Shown one piece after another: positions 1 through 11,600 of a stretch of DNA of 64,000 nt. The position numbers and the translations under genes were made by a program. Position 1 is the stretch's first letter. The number at the start of each line of letters is the position of its first letter. The stretch is from Candidatus Poribacteria bacterium (lineage in GTDB: Bacteria > Poribacteria > WGA-4E > PCPOR2b): contig OZ244042.1 of NCBI GenBank assembly GCA_965215015.1, positions 1,952,001 to 2,016,000 on the forward strand. The letters run 5' to 3'. Under the pieces are notes generated by a model. That model was not told where the DNA came from, ran no database searches, and saw nothing but the letters and a program-made list of their open reading frames with translations.

Positions 1-1
1 T

Positions 2-85
2 AAGGTGGACCGGTGCCTTGATAAAATCAATCGTGATGTAGTAGACGCTGAACGGCAGCTACGCGCCGGACAGGAAGCGTCATAA
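2..85 (+). CDS. 3' end of an upstream CDS (partial, unknown product)
   Basis: Open frame KVDRCLDKINRDVVDAERQLRAGQEAS* from the window edge to TAA at 83-85. Confidence 0.35.
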   Translation, partial: KVDRCLDKINRDVVDAERQLRAGQEAS

Positions 86-204
86 GCATCGTCAGCCGAC
101 TTTTCCCTTGTCTCTATATTCATGTTGTGTTACAATGGTTAATATATGTTTATGATTGTGTGAAATCAAGCAGCTTGTACACACTTAACGAATGGAGGAA
201 GAAC

Positions 205-777
205 ATGGCAGATCAAGAGTTTGAACTTACCACAAAATTACGAATTCGACCTGCTGCTCCAAGCGATGCGAAAGCTTTGGAACAGTACTGCTTTACCGGC
301 AAAACTACAGCAGAAATTGACCAAGAATTACAGGACGATCTCTCGCGGACCCAAAAGGGAGAAGTCTATCGAATGGTTGCTGAAGCAAGCGGCCATGCGA
401 TCGGAAACATCCGGCTTGAACGGCACCCCCTCAACCCTGAAATTGGGGACGTCAGCCAGTTGGCGGTATCTGCGCCCTTCCGGCAGTTCGCGGTCGCAGA
501 TAAATTAATCGACTCCACTGAGCAGATCGCACAAGAAAATGGCATTACGACGCTTCAGATTGAACTGTCCCGATCCGAAGAAGCAATCATAAACGCTTAC
601 AAAGGATGGGGATTTGATGAACGCCCCGTTATTACACTACAAAAAACTGTCGGTTCTCCGGATACAGTCAGTGATCCTGACCAAGAACCGGCCATAGATG
701 AAACCCCTCCCTCAGAAGAAGAATCTGAAAATTCAGCAGATCCGGATAACAACGAACAACAGCAAGAACTGTTATAA
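205..777 (+). CDS. GNAT family N-acetyltransferase with acidic C-terminal tail
   Basis: IRPA..SD start, LAVSAPFRQFAVADKL (motif A-like), AINAYKGWGF; GGAGG at 194-198 supports ATG 205. Confidence 0.85.
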   Translation: MADQEFELTTKLRIRPAAPSDAKALEQYCFTGKTTAEIDQELQDDLSRTQKGEVYRMVAEASGHAIGNIRLERHPLNPEIGDVSQLAVSAPFRQFAVADKLIDSTEQIAQENGITTLQIELSRSEEAIINAYKGWGFDERPVITLQKTVGSPDTVSDPDQEPAIDETPPSEEESENSADPDNNEQQQELL

Positions 778-836
778 ATACGTGCAAAATCTTGCCTTAC
801 ACCTTACATGTCGTGTTTCACCGATTGGAGTAAATA

Positions 837-1730
837 ATGAAGAAATATTTCAAGCTACCTATCGTTGCAATTGGCATCGCCGCTTTTCTTATTAGTTGCG
901 GAAGCCAAAATCCGTACCTTTCCAAGGGGAAAGAACTGATCAAGTCTGACAAACGACGAAAAGAAGAACGCGCTGTGCAACAGTTTAAGTTGGCAATTCA
1001 ACTTGAACAGAATAATGCGGAAGCGCATTATCTGATCGGGTACTACGATTCTGATACGTTTTACGCAGACGGAACCCCAGAAAAGGCAAAGGCATCGACC
1101 GAAGAACGGGGTAAGCACATGTTCCAAGCTTACCAAAACGACAAACGAAAATACCTTGAAATTCTCGTCTTTGAGACGCTAAGAAGCCGTGAGGTTGACG
1201 TTCAGAACGCAGCGTTAAATGCACTCAAGCGCATCTACCAACAAGCTGACCGTAAAAAATTGCTCAATGCCTTAAAAAAAGCAATCAAGTCCAAGGATAA
1301 TCGTGATCGACACGACGCACAGTGGGTGTTGGCATCACTTGGCAGCGATTACCCCGATGCAATCGTACCAATTCTTGTAGATCTGTTGGAGCACAAACGC
1401 AGAGAAACCCGATTGAACGTCATCAAGGCACTTGGTGCAATCGGCGATGAAAGTGCAATTCCCGTATTAGTAGAGGTCGTCAACTCCGGTTCAGCCAAAC
1501 GAAAAAAAGATAGGGAAGATCCAGAAATACGTGGACTTGCCGTTGAAGCGTTGGGTAAAATCGGAGGTACTGCCGTCGAAAAATTGGTCGAAATCGTCCA
1601 GAACAAGGGCTCCTCAATGCGTGTTGATGCCATTCAGGCTTTAGAACAACTTGGTGACGAAAGGGCAGTTAAGCCATTGTTAGAGGTATTAACCGAGCAG
1701 GGCAACCGAGAGGTCGTTGTCCAGTTCTAA
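837..1730 (+). CDS. Lipoprotein with TPR-like and HEAT/PBS-lyase repeats
   Basis: Lipobox LISC; NAEAHYLIG; repeated ALG.IG...A...L motifs; RBS GGAG. Confidence 0.85.
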   Translation: MKKYFKLPIVAIGIAAFLISCGSQNPYLSKGKELIKSDKRRKEERAVQQFKLAIQLEQNNAEAHYLIGYYDSDTFYADGTPEKAKASTEERGKHMFQAYQNDKRKYLEILVFETLRSREVDVQNAALNALKRIYQQADRKKLLNALKKAIKSKDNRDRHDAQWVLASLGSDYPDAIVPILVDLLEHKRRETRLNVIKALGAIGDESAIPVLVEVVNSGSAKRKKDREDPEIRGLAVEALGKIGGTAVEKLVEIVQNKGSSMRVDAIQALEQLGDERAVKPLLEVLTEQGNREVVVQF

Positions 1731-1899
1731 TTCTGTATGTATAGGGCTATTTAGTTTTCCGTTTTTAAACGATTTTGGCGGGTAGACCGAAGATTGCCCC
1801 TACATCGTAGGTAGGGCATCTTGACCCGCTCAAAGAATCAAATGACCCTATCTTACATATTGAGAATCTTTACTCGAAAATTAAGTTGAAAGGAATCTC

Positions 1900-3558
1900 A
1901 TGACTTGGAAAATGCAGCTCAGTTTTCTCTTAATATTTGCAATTTTATGTGCTGTTGGGTGTAGCGACAACCGCTATTACGACGATCGACTCCAAATGGA
2001 GATTCAGCAATTAGATAGCGATCTCGATAACCGTTGGTCAACGACCGGCGTGGTCATAATTGATGTGAATGCAAACGGCCCCGCAAGCCGAGCAAATCTT
2101 GAAACAGGCGAACTAATCTCTTATGTGATTGGTGAACGAACAATCCAAGCTAAAAACGACTATAAACAAGCTGTCAGGAGTGCAATGAAAGAGGACAATA
2201 ATTTTATCCTCAAGCTGGCAGATGGTCGAGAAATCCGGTTGGCTGTCCGAAAAAGCGGCGATAAAGTTGGCTTGGAGGTTGATGGGGCACGCGTTAGCAA
2301 GGTTATTTCGGGAAGCCCCGCTGACACCGGGAACATCAACGTAGGGGACACAATCCAAAGCGTGATTGATGAGTGGAACATCCGAACCATTAAAGACTAT
2401 AAGAAAGCACTCAGCGAATTTGCGAAGCATGATTCTAAAGTTACATTCCGCACAATCGAATTAATTGGTATTAAAATTGGCACCGTCAACGCACTCGGTA
2501 ACCTGGGAGATGTACGCGCTGTACAGCCGTTGGCTGCGATTGTAGAGAGTGAAGGCAGTACCTTGCGTCAACCGGCTGCACAAGCCTTAGAACGCCTCGT
2601 TGCCTTGAGCCAATTGAATACACTCTTTCAGCAATTTCAGCAGGCCAACGTTGACGAACTACCCGCGGATCACTTGAACGCCCCGCAGCGTGAATCTGCC
2701 GAAATTTTGGGGCTGCTCACCAGCGATCTTGAAAACAACCGCGTTACGCTCAACGACCCATTTGGCACACAATTCCGGCATCGATCCGAAGCCTTATACA
2801 AGCAGATAACCGATGGGCAGATGATCGAATTGGGACGAAAATATATCAAGCGGGATATTGAGCCAAATCAGGAGATTCGGCGGGCCTGCATCTCCATTTT
2901 AGGACATCTCAAACCAACGACCGCCATCGAAGATCTAATTGCTGTGATGGAAGATGGTATGGAAATACCCGGTATCCGCTTCAAGGCTGGACTGGCATTG
3001 AGCCAGATTGGCGAAAACTCCGTTGATGCGCTCATTGCTGCCTTCAACCGTGGCGATGCAAGTGTCAAAGATATCGCTGCCTCCGCACTCGGAAACATCG
3101 GCGGAAATAAAGCACGGAACACCTTAATTAATGCCCTCGAAACCATAGACAATCCAACAATCAAATTAACAGTCGCCGATGCAGTTGCTAAAATTGGTCG
3201 TTCCGCTTCAATCGAGGCACTTCGTCATCAGAGGGAGGAACTTCCAGAGGGAAGTGGTTTAAGGACATTCCTCGACGAGCTGCAGGTATTGCTGTTCAAT
3301 ATTGAATTAAAATACCAAACCCATCTAAACAGTGAAAATATCTCAGCCGAGTTGCGACAGGAGTTTAAAAAGAATAAAATCCCGCTCTCTCAAAATGTCA
3401 GTCTTTCAATTCAAAAGAAAGATAGCGAGTGGTGGATAGATGATAAGAACAACAACCGAACGTACATTGTCCGTAAAGAAGCCCGTAAAGAAGAAGGCAA
3501 ACTCAACATCTATGAACCACTGAACGCACAATCAATATCGTATTCGGTCACAAACTGA
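1900..3558 (+). CDS. Lipoprotein with two PDZ-like domains, HEAT repeats and a small C-terminal module
   Basis: Lipobox AVGC; GPASRANLETGE and GSPADTGNINVGD PDZ motifs; ALGNLGD/ALGNIGG HEAT repeats. Confidence 0.85.
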   Translation: MTWKMQLSFLLIFAILCAVGCSDNRYYDDRLQMEIQQLDSDLDNRWSTTGVVIIDVNANGPASRANLETGELISYVIGERTIQAKNDYKQAVRSAMKEDNNFILKLADGREIRLAVRKSGDKVGLEVDGARVSKVISGSPADTGNINVGDTIQSVIDEWNIRTIKDYKKALSEFAKHDSKVTFRTIELIGIKIGTVNALGNLGDVRAVQPLAAIVESEGSTLRQPAAQALERLVALSQLNTLFQQFQQANVDELPADHLNAPQRESAEILGLLTSDLENNRVTLNDPFGTQFRHRSEALYKQITDGQMIELGRKYIKRDIEPNQEIRRACISILGHLKPTTAIEDLIAVMEDGMEIPGIRFKAGLALSQIGENSVDALIAAFNRGDASVKDIAASALGNIGGNKARNTLINALETIDNPTIKLTVADAVAKIGRSASIEALRHQREELPEGSGLRTFLDELQVLLFNIELKYQTHLNSENISAELRQEFKKNKIPLSQNVSLSIQKKDSEWWIDDKNNNRTYIVRKEARKEEGKLNIYEPLNAQSISYSVTN

Positions 3559-3705
3559 TAAACTGAAGTTAGGACAACACCAGCTTCGAGGAAATAGAGG
3601 GTTGAACCGAGCGGTGGATTTAAGTGTGTTTCGAGGCAGGGGAGACGGACACCGAGCTTCCCTTGCGAGAAGATAAATACTAGCCAGCAAGCTGACTCCA
3701 ACCAG

Positions 3706-4542
3706 ATGAAAATTGGCGTTACCTCCGATCTGCATACCGATGTTACCCCCCTAAATAAACAAATCCTGCCGTATATCGTCGAAGCGGCTGAGCAAGCTGA
3801 CTTGGATGTCTTCATCCTTGCTGGAGATCTCTCGCCCAACCTGCTCGAACTCACCGAAAGCCTCATCGCGTTCACAGAATCTAATCTGAACTGCCCAAAA
3901 TTATTCGTCCCCGGAAATCACGACATCTGGGTTAGCGAACATCCTGATATTACAAGTGAACAGAAATACGAGGCCATCACAGTCGTCTGTCGCGAATGTG
4001 GTTTCCATCCACTAGATGCCAGCCCTTTCGTTAAGGACGGGGTGGGATTCTGCGGTACAATCGGGTGGTATGACTACTCATTTCGATGCAACGAGTATAA
4101 TTTTTCTGACGAGGCATACGCCTCGAAACAGCTATTGGGATCCGTCTGGAATGATTCAAATTATGCAAAATGGGAGGGAACAGATCCAGAAATTGCTCGC
4201 CGCTTTGAGAATAAATTGCAGAACCAGATCTGTTCAATCAAAGATTCCGTTTCCCAAATCATTGTAACAACCCACCATGTTCCTTTCCAAGAATGCCTCC
4301 ACTCTCGCGGAACATTGCCAGGGGATTTCTTCAGCGCGTACATGGGAAGTCAGGAGCTCGGCAAGACCTGCCTTGATGAACAGCTTGTCACCCACTCTCT
4401 CTTCGGGCATATACACGCTCCAATTTGGCAGCAAGTTGGCAATGTTACTGCAATCTGTTCCCCGATTGGCTATCTGCATCAGTCCCCTGCATGTGATCTA
4501 TCCGTCTACGCACAGGAAAGACTTACCTGTTTTGAACTCTGA
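3706..4542 (+). CDS. Calcineurin-like metallophosphoesterase
   Basis: SDLH, AGDL, PGNHD, THH and FGHIH motifs. Confidence 0.9.
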   Translation: MKIGVTSDLHTDVTPLNKQILPYIVEAAEQADLDVFILAGDLSPNLLELTESLIAFTESNLNCPKLFVPGNHDIWVSEHPDITSEQKYEAITVVCRECGFHPLDASPFVKDGVGFCGTIGWYDYSFRCNEYNFSDEAYASKQLLGSVWNDSNYAKWEGTDPEIARRFENKLQNQICSIKDSVSQIIVTTHHVPFQECLHSRGTLPGDFFSAYMGSQELGKTCLDEQLVTHSLFGHIHAPIWQQVGNVTAICSPIGYLHQSPACDLSVYAQERLTCFEL

Positions 4543-4770
4543 GTTTCAAATATGGACAAACGGTGTGTGAGCTAAGTGAGGGGTGTGAATAATTCGAGAC
4601 ACATTATAACTGAATTGAAGCGAGGGGGCCCGGGTCAATCGTAGGGTCTTGGTTGCCAAGCCCGACAGGTTGGCAGCCCCAACCCCTACACATGGACAGG
4701 TGTTGAGAAGTATCTGAACTGCCCTATGATGCAAAGATATTTCAACCACCCCCTTTTCTATTTTTACGAC

Positions 4771-5337
4771 ATTAGTATTACTCCTTGAGTGGGGGGCTGC
4801 TACTTAACCATCCCGGTAATGCCCGGTGCCTCCTTTAGCAAGTATTGAGGAACTGCGAAATCTCGCTATTATAATCACAAAGCAAAGCGATTGAACGTAC
4901 ATACTTTAGTTTGTAGTAGCGCAATTCATTGCGCGTTCCGACGAGCGATAAATCACTCTGCTACAAACCTAAAGGCTTACCGTGGTTAGGCGTAATTAGT
5001 ATTACTCCTTGAGCGGCGGGATGCTACTTAACTACCCCGGTAATGCCCGGTGCCTCCTTTGGCAAGTATTGAGGAACTGCGAAATCTCGCTGTTATAATC
5101 ACAAAGCAAAGCGATTGAACGTACACACTTTAGTTTGTAGTAGCGCAATTCATTGCGCGTCCCGGCGAGTGCTAAATCCCTCTAGCAAGTATTGACTGCG
5201 AAATGTGGCTGTTATAATGACAAAGCAAAGAGATTGAACGTACATACTTTAGTTTGTAGTAGCGCAATTCATTGCGCGTTCCGACGAGCGATAAATCACT
5301 CTGCTACAAACCTAAAGGCTTACCGTAGTTAGGCGTA
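4771..5337 (+). repeat. Imperfect tandem triplication (224-bp unit, a 3'-truncated unit and a 5'-truncated unit), each with TATAAT and a GTAG-REP hairpin
   Basis: Units at 4771-4994, 4995-~5182 and ~5183-5337 share GCAAGTATTG..CTGCGAAAT..TTATAAT.ACAAAGCAAAG.GATTGAACGTACA.ACTTTAGTTTGTAGTAGCGCAATTCATTGCGCGT. Confidence 0.9.
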
Positions 5338-5647
5338 GGGAGTTACCCTGCGCGACGGTGAATCGCCGAACTATAGGTTAAAAACCCTCGGAACGGGGGC
5401 TTTGAGAGCTCAACTGTGTAAGTCCTATTATTTCAAGGAAATCGATCTATCAAGGCGACCAAAAGAAGTTAGATTGCTGTAGAATAATTCGATTATGAGC
5501 CCCCCTCAACTAAGTTACGGAATCCCGGAATGAAGATTTGTACCAGCCAAATAACGTGAAGAATCGAATCTTAACAGGCTACTAAAATGTGATGACCAGG
5601 ACGCTATTCACCAATATCCACAACCGTAACGCGGAGGTAACGCCCGT

Positions 5648-8600
5648 ATGAACCGACAAATCAGTAATTCCACAGAAGCGGGTATCGATTGCACCGATAA
5701 TTCTGCGATGCCGGGTCTATGGGCTTCTTACCTTTTACCTTTTGTTTACACATTATGTTGTTTCTACCTGCTTGACACTTGGACTCTAGACGCTCACGCA
5801 ACTGCAAGTGCCAAAACCGACCAGAACGGAATTACTGTCGAGTTTAATCTCCCAAAACTTGAAATCTCAACGGTTAAACGAAATGGCGTGCGGTATCAAG
5901 CAGTCAGCTTCGAGGGAAGCGGGTTTACCAGTAAAGCAGGAAATCCACGACTCCCTGTGTCGCGCATTATGCTTGGCGTGCCGCCAAACGTCAAATTTCA
6001 CGTCGAAATCCTCCGTGCAACTACAGAAATACGCTCCGGCTATCGTATCCCACCTGTACCACACAAGGTTCCCAAACTCCGCAGTGACAGTCCTGCTTCC
6101 CCCTTTCACTCCGAAAACTTCCAAACAATCGAAGAGGAATGGCGTGAGGATGGGCCCGCTTACCAATCTGCCAGCGACTATCCAAAAACCGTGGCACAAG
6201 TTGTTTACGACGGTTACATCCGGTCCCAACGAGTGCTTTATCTAGAGCTCCATCCAATCCGGTATCAGCCAAAATCAAGAATATTGCGGATTCATTCTCA
6301 TATGACTGTCCGCGTCCACTTTGTGCACCAAGGGGCGGATAACAGATTTCAGAGCACCACTACCTCACCTTCTCAATTTGCAACCACAGAACCGGCTTCA
6401 TTTGAGCGGATGTATCAAAATGTCCTGTTAAACTATGATGCTGCTAAACATTGGCGCGTTCCAACGACAAACGCAAATGCTCCACCGGTTTTGAATCCCG
6501 ATCACAGCATCGGGGCGGGCCCCGCAGGACAGGAGCAAGCGAATCGAAAACGGTACAAGATTCTCGTCGATAAAACCGGTATCTACCGCCTAACGAGCGA
6601 AGATTTACGCCGAACATGGGGAATTGATTTGAGTGGGATTGATCCGCGCCTGCTGCATCTTAGAACGAGCAACAGAGAGGTTCCAATATACATCCACGGT
6701 GAAGAGGATGGACGGTTTGACCGTGGCGACTTCATCGAATTTCTCGGCGTAGATGCAAACAATCGGTATACAAGGTGGAATGTCTATTGGCTTGGTGCTG
6801 AAGGCACACGGGGGACACGCGTTTCCGAAATTCACGCCAGCCCTGATGATTCAACCGCAAAACTCGTTCCCGGCTTCCGATCGAAAATTTACTTTGAGGA
6901 AGACCATTTACACAATAACTTACGACATGTCCACCCCAGCGATGTTTCGCCAGATGACAAGCACCGTTGGTTTGAGGCTCTTGATTTCTGGTATTGGACC
7001 GGTGTCAAAAACTTAGCTGATGCAAACGAAGTGGATCTTGAATTTCCGCTTTATGACCTCACACAAAGTTTCGACCAACCGAGTATTCGCGTAACTCTCC
7101 AAGGTGGAACACCAACCGATCATGAGGTACTGGTTTCGATTAACAATATTCGGATTGATGAGGTGAAGTGGCCAAGCCAAAAGGTTGCCACAATAGGCAA
7201 AACACTACGGGTCTGGAACAATTTGCGGGATGCAACCAAGGGCGAGAAGAATGTGATCACCCTCGCTCGAATTGATACCACGGAAGAAGAAAATACGACA
7301 GCCTTTCCTCATCACGTTTATATTAATTCTTTCGAGGTTGAGTATACGCGTCTGCTAAAAGCAGTCAACGACTCGCTTGAATTTACCACCCCTGCTAGCA
7401 TTGACCCATACAATGCCCGAAGACAACGGCGATTGGAATATACTGTCCAGACCTTCCTTTCGCCAGAGGTCGCAATTTTTGAACATGACGGTGAAGTGTT
7501 GATCTCCAAGCTTCAAAACCTCAAGATTGAACGTGTGGATTTGGACCGAGTTGAACGCAACCGCCTCCGCGAAATATACCGCCTCAATGCCGAAACCGAC
7601 ACTGCGAATCAACCATCGCTACAGGATATTCCACGGGTCGCCTACAACGCAACGTTCCAGGTGCGCGATGCACACGATGCTAAATATATTGCCGTTTCCT
7701 CCGCCGGGGTGCGTCAGCCAGTTCGGGTCCAGGCAGCAATGCCGAGCGATCTGCTCTCCCCCACCAATAGTGCGGATTACCTGATCATCACTCATCCGAT
7801 ATTCCTTGAGCCATCGAAAAGGTTGGCCCAATGGCGATCAACCCAAAAGGGCGGCGGATACCGAACAAAAGTGGTTGATGTTACACAGATTTATGATATC
7901 TTCAGTAACGGCATGGTTAATCCGCAAGCCATTAAGGACTTCCTCACGTACGCCTATAAAAATTGGCAACCGCCTGCGCTCTCTTACCTCACAATTATGG
8001 GAGATGGGACCTACGATTACCGCGGAATCGATAAGGAAATCTATCCAGAGCCCCCGGAGGTCGCGGGATACATCCCAACTCATTATATCTGGACCATCTC
8101 GTTTGGGAAGACCTCTGTCGATCACTGGTATACAACAATAAACGGGGTTGACGAGCTACCAGACTTCTACATTGGAAGGCTGAGTGTGGAAACGCTTGAA
8201 GAAGCCGAAAACGTTGTCGATAAACTCATTAACTATGACGATAAACGTCCCAACGGAAACTGGCGTCGCCGGATCATCTCCGTAGCAGATGACGAAATCA
8301 ATAACTCCGGTGACGAAATCTTCAAGAGGAGTTTGACCGCAACTTCAAAAAACCAGGCACTGCTCGGTTACGAAACTGTACCCATCTATCTTGAAGATGT
8401 CATTGACATGGTTGAAGCGAATAAAGCGGCTTACCCTAATCTGCCGCAACGGGTGGCAAAGGATATGATTATTGATGCAATGGGGGACGGCGCGGTTATC
8501 GCCCAATATGCAGGACATGGAGGACGCATCGTCTGGGCGCATGAGGCTATCTTTGACAACCGGGCAGTTGATCAGGTAGATCAGACCGACCATCTCCCAT

Positions 8601-11600
8601 TCATGTTGGTGTTGAGTTGTTACAACGGCTATTTTGATGCACCCGGCGAACCGAGCATGGCAGAAAAGATGCTCCGACAGGATAAGAGTGGAATCATCGC
8701 TATGTTAAGTGCCACCCGCCTCACCTATGGCAGCGGTAACGACGCTCTCAACTCTATCATTTTTGATATGATTTTTGAGCGAAATATACGACAACTCGGA
8801 CCAATCAGCTTCGACTCCAAGATTGAACAGTTAATCCAGGACGGGCGTGGACAACTCAATGTCATGCTAGAATATACCCTCTTTGGTGATCCGGCGATGA
8901 ACCTCGCCATGGCGGATTATGAAGTGCAGGCGGATATTGAAACGAAAACCGTTACATCTGGACAACTGCTCAAAATCGCTCCGGGGCAGATTGGCGAAGT
9001 TACCTACAATCCCACAATGAGAGAGAAACAGTTTACACCGACTTCAAATTTCAATGGAAAGATTTATGCAAAAGCCGTTTTTCCCGGCACTTATTCAAAC
9101 GTTGAGGGAGAAGAGGGGACACTAAAGGTATACTCAGGCGATGTCGCTGTTGCCCAAGAGGCAACCGTAGTGAACGGTAAATTCCCCGGACTTTCCCTCC
9201 CTGTGCCCAAAGGAATCAGTGCGGGGCAAGGTCATATCAAATTTTATGCTGAAAGCGCAACCCACATTGCTGCCAGCGGAAGCTCATTTGCCGTGCTCGT
9301 ACCGAAGATTCTTGACATACAACCGGAGCTCGTTCCCAGCAGCCCGGGAAGCGAGCCCTCTCAATTTCGTATATTCGCGCAAATCTCCGATGAGTTGAAT
9401 GAACAGGGCATCAAGTCAGTCATCCTAGAGTGGCGGGACCCGGTGAAGAGAGAATCGTTCACAGAAACGATGCTCCGGGATACATCACGCGGGACTGGTT
9501 GGTATACAACTCCCAAGCCATTACCTCTACCGGCCAACCGAGCAAGCATTCGATATGAAATTGTGGTCATTGACATTGACAACCGATATGTCACTTCTGG
9601 ACGACGGACATACCGACCGCTTACATTTCCTGACCTGCGAGTTATCCTCGGACGAAGCTTTGCGAATGATTCGTTGATCTACTACGGCTACTCCCGCGAA
9701 GATGGGGCGTGGACGATTAACGCGGATATTGAGCAGATAGAAGATATCGAATTAAAAGAAAATATAGAAGTGGCTTTCTTTGAAGGAAATCCCGACCTCG
9801 ATGGAGATGGTGTCGTGGATTTCGGCGCAAAGCTACTTGGAAAAACGCAGATTCCACCCAGTGCCTGGCAGCGCAGAAACCCGGTAGAGCCCCATAAAAA
9901 TGTACTCCGGAACAGTGCTGAAACCGATAGTTTGCGCCGTCCCCGGGCTTTGAGGGATAGACCTCTCAACACTAACTGGATTGCAACAGCAACTCTTAAA
10001 CACGAATTGCCAATTGGGAACCACGAAATTTTTGTATACGTTGATCCAGCCTTTAATTCTAACGAATTGCCTTACGCCAAACTACGCGAAGGTGATGAAA
10101 AAGACAATATCGAATCGCGTCTCATCCAAGTTCAGAGTGTCCTCATCGGTAAAAAGGATCAGCGCGTTTTCAGCCAAGACGCTGCGATCGATTTCCGCGT
10201 GCCCGCACGCGCTGTTCCACAACTCGCCGTTTTTACAATTACACCGCTCAATAGCCAACAGCAGCCTAAACCGGTGAATCCATCAAGTCTTATCCCGGTT
10301 GCACTGCCGAACGGAGAGGACACCGCAGCTTACAGCGCAGTGCTCGACATAGCGTCTTTGAATCAGATGCCGCTACAACAGCCAATAACAGCGCAACTGC
10401 GCTTTGACCGTTTGGCGTTGAAAGAAGCGATTAAGCAAGAATTAGGGTTAGAAGAAATCTCAGATCCGGCACCCGATCAGATTGTAACGATTGACGAAGG
10501 AGCAGAGGAAATCGCAAAGGAGATTGGCATGTACCTTTGGGTGGATGTGCTGAAAAACTGGGCCCGCCTCGATTCAGAGTTGGTTACAGAATCTGATGGA
10601 TCGATGCAAACTCAATCTACGCTTGCAAACATCAGCGCATCAAATCACGGGGACGGGGACATCCACGCGGTTCCAATTGATCCAGCCGCCGTACGAGCCG
10701 GTAAATGGGTGCTGCTCTTTACATCGTCCGGAACTTACCGACTGCTAATCAGCCAAGAAGAAAAATCGCTGGAACTCGTTGACTCAAATCGATTGGTGGA
10801 CCCATCTTCCCAAGCACCCAGCGTGTTCAGAGACGGGGTGGCTATCGGGATACGGTCCGGCGAAAATGATTTCCAGTTTGGAGATGTCCTCACCTTTCAA
10901 ATATTTGAAACTGCGTCCAGTGGTTCCGATACTACGTTCTATGCTTCAGGCTTCCGCGAGCAGAATATTGGGAGAGGCAGTATCCAATATATTCGTCTTG
11001 AAGAAAGTTCATTAATACTACCGGATCAGTGGGTCATTCTGTTCATCGATTCGCAGCATTTCCAGATTGAAGGAGAAAAGAACGGGGCCCTAGCACGAAA
11101 CGGTCAGCCCCTGCACGGTAAAGTTGGGACCGAGTTCCTTTATCCTGAATTTGGGCTACGTCTCAAGATATCAGCTGGGGAGCGAGAATTTGAAGCCGGA
11201 GATAGCTTCCGGTTTAAGACAAAGGAGACCGGGCGGATCCGTGCTGAAGTCCCAATGCTTGGCACATTGACATTGATGCAAAGTAACGATACCATTCCCC
11301 CCGATCTCCAACTCACAATTGGTAAACAGAATTTTATTGATGGCGATCCAGTCTCCTCAGAACCGTTCATCCAAGCGACACTTACAGACGACAACGGCAT
11401 CGATTACATTACTCGTCCAGTCCATCTCGAAATCAGTCGGGATAATCAGCAATTCACACCAATCTCAGAAGCAGAGTATCGACTTAGCAATGTTTCAGGG
11501 TCTAATCAGGTCAGTCTAAACTATCAGTCGCCCCACATTGAGCCGGGAACATATCGAATCCGCCTGAGTGCCAGCGATCTTGAGGGGAACTCATCTGATG

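Noticed and set aside
4771-5337. Possible CRISPR array
   Set aside because: The units are long near-identical duplications without unique spacers, and there are no cas genes
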